A stretch of 56,658 bases of DNA, counting the filler, from Asterionella formosa (Eukaryota): the NCBI GenBank assembly GCA_002256025.1. It is 4 parts of 4 records of this genome, joined end to end, with 100 filler letters (N's around TTAATTAATTAA, not from the genome) between each part and the next. Parts side by side here need not be neighbours in the genome. Positions count along the whole stretch, not along the records: positions 42,609 to 56,658 come from NKIB01006227.1; 3 more parts are not named here. One strand, 5' to 3'. Made by a program: the position numbers and the translations under genes. This document shows, one piece after another, positions 47,080 through 56,658 of this stretch. The stretch's first letter is position 1, and the number at the start of each line of letters is the position of its first letter. The notes below the pieces were generated by a model, which saw only the letters and a list, made by a program, of their open reading frames with translations, made no database searches and had not been told where the DNA came from.

Positions 47080-48470
47080 TTTCATAATTTGTGCTCGAAA
47101 ATGAAAACATTTTGTACCAACCAATGTTTTTGTCATCTAATCTGCATGCATCCATTGCACAGTACTGAATCTGTCCTTCCTATCTTTCAATAAGATCAGT
47201 GATGAAAAATATTTAATGTTGAAATGTTACATAAATTTTCCTAAACTTGCTATTCCATTCTCTGATTACTTTATTGAGCTGGTTTTGTCTTGGTAAATCA
47301 CATTTGCTGTCACATTATGTCTTTGTGCTTTGACAAACAGTTTTGTCTACAACACCTTTGATAAGATGATGTCATCAACACTGACCAATTCTAACTTCTT
47401 GTGTTCACTTTCTGTTTTGTAGACAGAACAAATAATTCTTTTTCCAAATGACAATGATGTAGCTCCAGTGTCACTTTTAAAATGTTTGTGCACTGAAAAT
47501 GCTGCATCAACATTCCACTTATTGCTCTGAGTTTGTTAGTTTGCACTCATAGGTGAAACCTCATTTTGAGTTGCTTTCAAGAAATTCATACTAATCTTGA
47601 TTAATTTTACCCAATCGCCTTCATTTGGGCGGCTCAGTAGTTCGGTTAGCCAGAAATGTTATTCCTGTTTGAATGTCCTGTCTAAATCGCTTAAAAAGGA
47701 ACATTTTTTTCATAACAAAAGTACGAAATAACTTTGCCTTATCATAATCAAGTTTTCTCGATTTTTAGTTGGCAGCGAACAATTATTCTGTCCATGGAAT
47801 TTTCTTTTACTACCTTCAAGTTTATCTAGGAAAGTGTCTATCGTTGATCTCGCAGATTTAGTCATATTCACTCTCAACACTCCTGGACCAAGCAAAGTAA
47901 TTTAGGGTCATCACCAAGTAATCATGCTTATTTCAACCCATGACCTTGAGCCAACCAATTTCGTCAGAAGCATATTCCTTCTTGAGCCATTCCGAACATT
48001 GCTGGGTCACTTTGCTATCTGCATGACTAGATTTCAAAATATTCAAGCTCAATCATTGATCTCACATATTAGTCATATCCACTCTCAACACTCCTAGAAG
48101 AGAGTAATTCAGTGTCATCACCAAGTAATCATGCTTATTCCACGAATAACCTAGACCTAACCAAATTCGTCAGAAATTTATTATTTCTTGAACCATTCCG
48201 AAAATTGATCATTCACTTTGCTATCTATGTGACTAGATTTCAAATGTTCAATGTGCCAAATGAATGTGTCCTGTTTGCCATTAACAGTGCGATTTGTAAC
48301 TCATGGAACATAAGGATTGACTTCGAATCCAATTGACTCAATATCCTTCCGAATTTTCTTGTACTACAGAATGATGACTGCGACATGCCAAACTATAGTG
48401 CCATGATCATCCTAATGTATAGGAGCTTGCTGCGTCCTTCATAAACAACACATGTTGTGCGAAGAATTTT
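47080..48470 (-). mobile_element. Heavily decayed Ty1/Copia (CoDi-type) RT-RNase H remnant with an internal ~205-bp tandem duplication
   Basis: Manual translation across stops and frameshifts: YKKIRKDIESIGFEVNPY...NRTVNGKQDTFIWHIEHLKSSHIDSKVNDQF; KHDYLVMTL; PNEGDWVKL; KWNVDAAFSVHKHFKSDTG; VIYQDKTSSI; HFNIKYF; AD*MTKTLVG. Confidence 0.85.
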
Positions 48471-49345
48471 CGTATTTTGCTTTCTTATCGGGCTAAATAA
48501 CTCGCAAATCCCCCCGAATGTAAAGATTAATCTTCATTCGCTCAAAGATTTTGAGAGTCATCCGATATTGACTCAATCTTTATATTTCATAGATTAATCT
48601 TGTGTACCTTATAGGTTCAGTTGATTGTGGTGTGCACATTTGATGTAATCGATGTAACTCTTACATTTTGAAGGTGGTACGCACTGCACATATCACCCTC
48701 AAGGTCTTCATCCAGAATTCTAAAATAGCACTCAGCTATATCTCGAAATTTCTTTTCCTCCCTTGACACAAACATGTGTTTAAATTTCGCACCCAGCAGC
48801 AAATATAATGGCGAACTTGACACTACAAGGCATGTTCGCTTCAGTGGAACCACCAATCCAATATCAAAAGCGATCACAAAAGGAATGGTCTTCTTCAGTT
48901 GTGTACTCAGTTGGTCCTTGAGTCGCCATCTTATGGATACAGCACTTGTGATGCTGTAAGGGGAGGGGAAAAGGAGGCAGGCAGATGTGACAGCTAATGA
49001 TTACAACAACAACAACAACAACAATGATGATGATGTTAATGATAAGGAATGTCGACAAATTATTACAATGACAATCAATGTACACATTTAACAGGACTAC
49101 CATTCTTCTTGTATTGAATAAAAAATCAAATCTAATGTTTTCTTTTGACATAAAGATTGACGTACTATTGTATGTAATCTTTGGAAGTGTAAGGAGGCAC
49201 TGAGATTTCCCGAATACAAAGATCTTCGATCTTCGTATTTCGGGCACTCTAAGCATCAGCCAAAAATACCAGCCAATGGCAAGAAATATTCTAATTCCTT
49301 GATGAAAAGGAGAATTTCAAAATTGTTTTAGTTTTAAAAAAAATT

Positions 49346-52078
49346 CTAACAAATTGTGCAAGCTGTACCTGTGGAAATATCTGAGGCCTTCAAGGATGAC
49401 GAGGCGTCTAGAATATCGTCGTAGCTGTCAGAAGCGTTGCTTAAGATCCACGGATGTTGCAATGCTGCCTTCGCACTAATTCTCGTGTGCGGATCCTGCA
49501 TCAACATCTTTTCTACCAGGTCACGAGCTTCTCGAGACACAAGGTTCCAATCACTGTCAGGATAGTCCACATCTGCTTCCTTGTTGGCAGCAATGAGCTC
49601 TGCGTCAGTCTCCCCATAGAAAGGCTCATAACCACACAGCATCACGTAAAGAGTGACGCCGGCCGAGAAGACATCTACTTTGTTGCCATATCCCCCATGA
49701 ATACCGGCAGTGAAAATTTCTGGTGCAACGTACCCTGGAGTGCCGCATCGACCTCGGACAAGACCATCTACACCAACAAAGGCCGACATACCAAAATCGC
49801 CAATTTTCACGTTCACTCTGTCTTTTTCTTTATTAGCCATGAGAATGTTGGCAGGTTTAATGTCACGATGAGCCAATCCGATTCGGCTCATGGAGTCCAA
49901 ACTAGTCAGAATATCTTTCATAATATTGGCAGCTTCAGTTTCATCCAAAGTTCCCCTGGTGGAAATGTAGTGAAATAAATCTGTTCCTTCCAGCAGCTCA
50001 AGTTCCAGGACAACATTGTCAGTAGTTTCAAAAAAACTCTTAAGTTGCAAAAATGAAGGGAGGCGTCCACATTTGGCTGTCAACGTTGCTTGAACTGATG
50101 TCTCTCGAACCAACGTATCAGCTCGTTCCATACCCTTGACGACTCGCTTCCAAAATTCGTTTTTATCAATCACCTTGATGGCACAATTCGGTTCAGTCCC
50201 AGCACAATCACTTCTACTACATTTGTCCAATCGTCGAGCGGGATAGACAGCCGCATACCGTCCCCGACCAAATGGACTATCTTCATCATATGAATACAAA
50301 TCTTGAATCGTCAACAGAGCCGCATCATTCAGACATGTGACCCATCGTTCACGTTCTTCTTTACTATCTAATTGCATCAACAAAAGTCTCTTATCAGCCT
50401 TGGCACAGGGACTACCAAAAAATTCCAATTCCACCGATGTTGCAAAGTCACCAGGATACGCACGTGCATGTTGCAAATGTACAACAGCTCGTGGTATACC
50501 ATGCATTCCTGCATCCACGTCATATTCCAATAAATAATTTTGTTGCAACACTAAATCACATATCGACCACCCTTGTGGTAATGGATGATCCATCATCATG
50601 GTAGTTATGGAGGATGTCATTTTTCGTTGTCCTACATATGTCAAGTTGGCTCTACCCAATGGAATCCTCCCAAAGGCGGATTCGTCTATACTTTTGTAGG
50701 CTGTCACTCCAGACAGTGTAGACAAGACAGATAGTGGACATGATGATAATGCTGCAGGTGCAATTAAATATCGTCGTCCTGCTTGCCATGATTCTGGTCC
50801 TTGAATTGTCCTGAGCATGGTTATGGATCGATGGACGCATATATCTTCAGTCACTGTCTCAAGAGGGACGGATCGACTTAAACTATTCTTGATAGACAAG
50901 TTTGGTTGGAATCGTTCCGACATGTTGGCTCTTGCCATGGGATTAAATTGAGCAAAGTAGGAATGTTGTTGATGAGCACTGGGTTCATCACCTAAATAGG
51001 CCGATGTTGAATCTTGAGCAAATTTAGTAGAATTGTGATATTCTGTAAAAGCTTTTTTGATTTCTGATGATTGTGCCTTTTTTGCCGAAAGAGGTGCTGG
51101 TGGTGCTGGTTCAGCTACTGGTGGATCTGCTGCTACTGATTCAGCTGCTGGTGGTTCTTTTACCAATAGTATTGTATTGGTGGGATCGAGAGACAGTGTC
51201 AATGCCAATTGCGATCGTGCCGTCGGTCGTTGTGTGGATCGAAAGGCAGTTGGAATTGATGATGATGGTGGTGGTGGTGGTGGTGGTGGTATAGGCGTGT
51301 CAAGATTGATATTGGGATCAGGGGGTGGCATAAATCTCACATTCTTTGGAGATGATCTTGGAGAAAGTGTCTTGCCTTGTCCTCTCCGTAAGGTTGAATC
51401 TAAATCATCCGCTGACGACTTGGAAGTGGTTCTTCTGTGTTGTAGTTGTGAATGTGCCAAAGTATCTGCTGATTTGATCTTTCGATGTTGAGGTTGGTGG
51501 TGTTGTGGTGATTGCTTTTGATGATGATGAAAGACTGAGTGAAAAAAGGATCCTCCACGTATGGCTAAATCTGATTTGGTCGATGTAAAATCTTCCATGG
51601 ATGAAAAAAGACTTGATGTAGTGGTTGTTCCTGTAGAAGTGATATCATTGCCATCTTCTTGTGCTATCATGCCAGAGGAGAATAACTGTGGTGGTTGTGG
51701 TGGTGGTTTGACCAACAATCGTCGTGATCCTGGCACTAGACGAAAGGTTGATTTAGTAGTCATGGTATCCTCAATCATGATTGAAGTTGTTGAGTTTGTG
51801 GTTGTTGTGTCTTGTGGATCATTTCCTCCTTCACCTTCTTGTTGAGTTGTTTTCTTTTTCAAAAAAGAACGATAATGTCGCTCCCATGCCTTTTTGGGTG
51901 GTGGTGATGGGGAACTTGTTGTTGTTGGTGGTGATGGTGATGGTGTTGTAGTAGTAGTTTCGTGATGGAGGGTATTGGAAGTGTGATTGTGGTTGGCCAT
52001 GACTCCTGTACTCTTGGTACGTCGTATTTTACCAGTCCATGCGGATGGCAACATGTTGCGAGGATCGTTGGAACTCAT
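49346..52078 (-). CDS. CaMK-group Ser/Thr protein kinase with a PH-like domain and low-complexity N-terminus
   Basis: FGRGRYAAV, AIKVIDK, HRDIKPANIL, DFG, CGTPGYVAPE, DVFSAGV; ERERWVTCL ends the PH-like domain. Confidence 0.93.
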   Translation of the reverse strand: MSSNDPRNMLPSAWTGKIRRTKSTGVMANHNHTSNTLHHETTTTTPSPSPPTTTSSPSPPPKKAWERHYRSFLKKKTTQQEGEGGNDPQDTTTTNSTTSIMIEDTMTTKSTFRLVPGSRRLLVKPPPQPPQLFSSGMIAQEDGNDITSTGTTTTSSLFSSMEDFTSTKSDLAIRGGSFFHSVFHHHQKQSPQHHQPQHRKIKSADTLAHSQLQHRRTTSKSSADDLDSTLRRGQGKTLSPRSSPKNVRFMPPPDPNINLDTPIPPPPPPPPSSSIPTAFRSTQRPTARSQLALTLSLDPTNTILLVKEPPAAESVAADPPVAEPAPPAPLSAKKAQSSEIKKAFTEYHNSTKFAQDSTSAYLGDEPSAHQQHSYFAQFNPMARANMSERFQPNLSIKNSLSRSVPLETVTEDICVHRSITMLRTIQGPESWQAGRRYLIAPAALSSCPLSVLSTLSGVTAYKSIDESAFGRIPLGRANLTYVGQRKMTSSITTMMMDHPLPQGWSICDLVLQQNYLLEYDVDAGMHGIPRAVVHLQHARAYPGDFATSVELEFFGSPCAKADKRLLLMQLDSKEERERWVTCLNDAALLTIQDLYSYDEDSPFGRGRYAAVYPARRLDKCSRSDCAGTEPNCAIKVIDKNEFWKRVVKGMERADTLVRETSVQATLTAKCGRLPSFLQLKSFFETTDNVVLELELLEGTDLFHYISTRGTLDETEAANIMKDILTSLDSMSRIGLAHRDIKPANILMANKEKDRVNVKIGDFGMSAFVGVDGLVRGRCGTPGYVAPEIFTAGIHGGYGNKVDVFSAGVTLYVMLCGYEPFYGETDAELIAANKEADVDYPDSDWNLVSREARDLVEKMLMQDPHTRISAKAALQHPWILSNASDSYDDILDASSSLKASDISTGTACTIC

Positions 52079-54698
52079 GGTAACAATGCAATAGTATTCC
52101 CGGATAGTCAGTAATAGTAGTAACAGTAGTAGTAGTAGTACAGGCAGACAGGGGGTTCTGCAAAAAGGAGAAAGGAATGAAATTTGAGGTTAGTTCATCA
52201 TGTGAGTCCACACTTGTCTTTTGTTGTGAATGGATTGTACTCTACGTATTATGTAGGTTTGGATTTGGAACTGAATGTCGATATGCACACAAGGAACACG
52301 CACACACACAGGACGCCAAAGCAGGGATGGTTCGTATGTATTGTGCGCCTTTAAAATTGACACTCCACTCGGCCTCCTTTGAAATTTTGAGTTCCGATTC
52401 TTTTCCGATTCTCCTCTTTTTTTGTTTGATGATGATTACGATTAAGATATTTATACTATCATGTGTAGTATCTTTCTTGCATATTTCCTCCAGCTCAGCA
52501 CTCATCCGTTACGACAACTTGACTTACAATGTGATTGAATTTGTGGAATGGGTTGGAGACAACCACAACGTTGTCGTTGGTTGGGTCTGAGAATACCGGT
52601 ACTAACAATGATAGTGATAGCAATCATCGGCGGGGCAACAAGACACAGCGATTCTAGTGGAAATATAGGCGGAGACAAGAAAGAGGGCACAGTACGGAGG
52701 GCAGGTCAGGAAACACAAAAAAATCCAGCTATGCATGTATTGTGTTGTAGCTTTGCTCACTTTGTCTTCTCTTCTCCTCTAAATAGTTCTTGGCATGGTA
52801 TGTATTCGTCATGGATATATGCATTCTGTAAGCAATATTCACAAATACTAACATGGTCGTAAATTTACTTAGGTATGGATTCAGCATCTATCATTAGAGA
52901 ACAAACCTCCACACCTACCTCGGAAGATTGATTCAGTGTACCGATAGTATAGTAAGTAAAATACTGACATCACTATTTCTTGGTCATTTGTTGCGAGCAG
53001 CTGTTCGTTTCGTCAGGACGCCGACTTCGCGTTGCTTCTCCCCATCACACCACCATCAGGACGGAGGATCTACCGGTATGTATATACATAATTGTGTTGT
53101 TCTTTTTACATCATATGAACCGCGATGCATGTATAGAATATTTATCATTTTTAAATGTTACAGTAAATATGACTTCCGTAACAGCTACATAAATGTTTAC
53201 CAGAACCTGGTACTAGTACTAGTCGTTGGCAAGAACAATTATGTACTGTACGCATGCTTATTCTACATACATGTAAGTACGATAAATATGTAAGTACACT
53301 ATGTACTACCAGCAGTCAATCAAATCCACATGTCACATCATAGTACCGGTAACTTGTAGCCTGGTACCAGGTACCGGCACATGTGTTGTGGACATGTATT
53401 TCTATACTACCAGTTGGCGGTATCTACGTATTTCTACAGAGTGAGTACCCAGTACTTTAGTACCGGTGATTCCGTTGTACCAGCTACACTGGGAAGTCGA
53501 CGAGTGCATACTTAGAGCAACCGCCGCTGCAGTACCTACCCCGCCTCAACATGATATGGAAGCTGCAAAACAGAATACCGGTACCGGTACCGGTAAGGGG
53601 GCGCTCTCATCATTCAGCATTTTTAATTTCCGGGTTTCGAGCAAAAATGACAGTTGGTATCAATTTTTGGTATCTGGTATGTATCAGCAACGGCTACCCT
53701 CCCCGAAGACTTTTTTTGGCTGTTCCAAGGCGCCAGGAGAAAACCTATCCGGCCGCTTTGCCCGCCTGCCCCATCAATGTGGGGTGCTTGGGGGGCATCA
53801 TGGGAGGATTCGAACTCCTCCCACCAGTTCACGTATTCGGGGATTTTTTGAGGCACCCCGTCATCCATTAATGACCTGGTGTCCTGTGAGGCACCCTGCC
53901 CTTTCGCCTGGGCGAGGTAGTGTGAGACTTTCACTCACTAAAAACCTGTGTGCAGCCCCAGTCTTGACCAGTACGCGGTCTGCCCTACCCGTCAGGGCAT
54001 TGGCCCGTGGTTGCAACAGTGCAGTATTATTGATACCATTTTTGACCCCCTCCAAAAAAGGTATTAATGATATTGGCAAATTCAGACAAGGGATCATTTC
54101 CATTGTCACTCCTGATGAAATAACCGAAAAAAGCTTTGCAGGGCACAAATTTTATTGTTGAAATTTTCCCTTCATTGGTGTCCTGCTTTTATCAGCTTTG
54201 TCATTCCAAGTGAAAAATGAATCTGCAGGAAAACTAGTAATAATTAGATATTTAAATGATTGTTGTTGGTTACTTTCAAATATTTACAAGTGTGAACATA
54301 ATATACTTTAAGATTTATCTTATATTCTAGGCAAGTTTTCTTCAAAAAATATTCCACCAGAAGTTGATTTTGCTGAAACTTTTTGTATGCTTAGGGTAGA
54401 ACTGTCTTGCATGGTCTTTTTTTGGCCAAAATGGATAGCAATGGGCCGACTTAAATGGTTTAATAGTATCTCTAATAATGATCTTATTGAATCCTTGGAG
54501 TTTAATTTGAATGCCTGCCTAGCATCCTGGCACACTCACTTTCAGCAAAACTATAGTAACTTGCTGACTGATGGTACCCTGTCCCAGGTAGTAGTACCAA
54601 GAAACTATTATGTATTTTGTACTCCTGAGTCCACTATAATATCTTGATGTCACCAGCCACCATGACAAATTATTGCACTGAACAGCACCCTAAAAGAT

Positions 54699-56253
54699 TC
54701 AACTCAATTTCAGCAACAGGGGCATATACAATGGATATGACCTCACAAAATCTTCCTTGTCAATGTCATCACACAATTCCACCACTTGGGACAACTTGCA
54801 TTCTTCTGTTGTAATAACAAAGTCTGCAGCCATGCGATCCACAATAGGATTTTGTAAAACAGAATGAATCGAAATACCATTCTTTTCACTTAATTCACCG
54901 ATTTTACGAATGATTCCCAATCCATCAGAAAAGGGGATACGAATATAAAAGGGCGATGAATAATCATGATCCAATTCCAATTGACTGCAAATGGGAAATG
55001 GATCTTTGACAGCCAAATTCGAAGCAATGCGTAAAATGTCAGATACCACACTATTGGCAGTGGGGAACCGACCAGCTCCTGGCCCTGTGTAGGAGGCTGT
55101 TCCTAAATTGGCAGATGAAATGGCCACTGCATTTCCACTCCCACGAGCTGATGCCAACAAGTGTGTGAGTGGCACCACTTTGGGGGCCACATACACAGAC
55201 AATGGACCATCGTGTTCTCCTGTGAAACAAGAGGAAATGTGTGAGTGTGATAGCTGCAATGCCGAGACCATTGGGAATACCTAATATAGTCAAATACATG
55301 CATACTATACATACCATACTGACTCAGCCTAGCAGCAGTTCCTACCAACTTGATGGTACACCCCAACAATTTGGCATATTCAAAGTCCACAGCTGTCACA
55401 GCACTAATTCCTCGACAGGGGATACTCTCCACGGGGGAAATGGTTGTCCCAAATGCCAATTTGGCCAAAATGGCAATTTTGGCACGAACATCATGCCCTT
55501 CCACATCTGCAGTGGGATCAGCCTCTGCAAATCCCAAATCTTGGGCTTCCTTCAATACTTCGTCATAATCAGCACCCAATTCCATTTTGCCCAACATGTA
55601 ATTGGTTGTACCATTGCAAATTCCCTATAGTATTGTAGTGGATGAATGGATTGTAGTGTAGTGTGGGGGAAAGATTGAGAATGGTATTATCCAATATAAG
55701 AGATTATTGTAGTAGCTCATGAAAACTACAAAACAATGTGAACATTGATAATTAAACCAAAACGTACCATGACTTCATGAATGGTATCTCCTGTGTAAGC
55801 TCCATGCAGGGTTTGAATGATTGGTATTCCTCCACACACAGCTGCCTCGAAGGCCAAATATCCCTTTGAATGTTTGGCCAAGACATGCAAGTCGTCCAAA
55901 TGGTCAGCGATCAATGCCTTGTTGGCCGTCACCACAGATTTGCCTTTGCGCAATGCTTCTTCGACGACCCGTTTGGCCAGACCAGTCCCACCCATCACTT
56001 CCACAACAATGTCAATCGATTCATCATTTAAAATGGAATCTACGTTGGTGACCAACTCTGTCGTATCTGTCAACAGTTGAAAGGATCTCGGTTTGGAAAC
56101 ATCGCGGACGCAAACTTTGGTAATCACACAAGGCGGCGTTGTTGTTGCCAACGTTCGAAGGATTTCATACACTCCGCCTCCCACAGTCCCGCCTCCAACG
56201 AGTCCAATGCGGAGAGGAACGACAGCGGCTGCTGCTGCTGCTGCTGTGGCCAT
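54699..56253 (-). CDS. hom: Homoserine dehydrogenase with a C-terminal ACT domain; 3 exons (56253-55768, 55624-55315, 55219-54699)
   Basis: GGGTVGGG, VVTANKAL, FEAAVCGGIP, GICNGTTNY, GFAEADPTADVEGHD, GPGAGRFPTANSV; two GT-AG introns restore the frame. Confidence 0.93.
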
Positions 56254-56658
56254 GTTCAATGTTTTATAATGGTTGTAAATACCGGTATATCATAAATAGG
56301 ACATATCTTAGGGCCTGGATTGAATTTGGTTTGTGATACCGGTAGTAAGAATATATAGCTATATGTGGAACTGCGTACCTGGTACCATGAGTACCGTACA
56401 CTATCTCCAAACTGATACTGGTTGCTGGTATCTTATTGGAGTACCAGGTAGTATATGATGTCAGGACCGATGGAAGTACGCATCATATGTGCCAGGTATC
56501 AAAACCGGTACAAGGTACCAGGTACAGTCATCGAAGTAACTTCGACACAATTACCGTCTTGTCCATTTCGTCTTTCTCCATATTTAGTCTGTGTTGTAGC
56601 TTCGTAGATACATCGCTGGAATATATGAAAGCGATCCATAGAATAATAGAATAATGAG

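Noticed and set aside
49003..49036. (ACA)n/(TGA)n tract, and (CA)n at ~16751
   Set aside because: Ordinary microsatellites
53466..54590. 231-aa ORF / GC-rich island with possible TIRs (catcattcagca vs tgctgactgatg)
   Set aside because: No protein motif; the inverted match is only ~12 bp with non-matching termini and no TSD. May be a repeat, but unsupported here.

Overview
Eukaryotic nuclear DNA from a diatom-like stramenopile. This is inferred from short GT-AG introns, CoDi-type Copia remnants, a bipartite plastid-targeting leader and the gene repertoire. Three 100-bp N/TTAATTAATTAA/N spacers mark artificial contig joins, and there are two sized gaps. Host genes: the 5' part of a small heat-shock protein (missed by the ORF track), an atypical mitochondrial carrier, ALG8, a TALE-homeodomain plus PHD/ePHD chromatin protein, a plastid-type HAD hydrolase, a signal-peptide WW/Q-P-rich protein, an LZTR1-like Kelch-BTB protein, a Tubby-C/LURP-like protein, a PH-domain CaMK-like kinase and a 3-exon homoserine dehydrogenase. 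Transposon-rich blocks lie between them. The best find is a 2.4-kb PIF/Harbinger element (9263-11637; 25-bp TIRs, TTA target-site duplication) whose centre is replaced by the 3' ends of two convergent host genes (aspartyl-tRNA synthetase and PP2C), i.e. a gene-capturing 'Pack-Harbinger'. Also notable are a decayed Plavaka-like transposase facing an Ulp1-like protease ORF, a tRNA-derived SINE-like head, two Copia lineages, a TA-flanked MITE, and a TACCAGG/GGTACC motif clustered near gene starts. All family assignments come from motifs read by eye; no database search was run.
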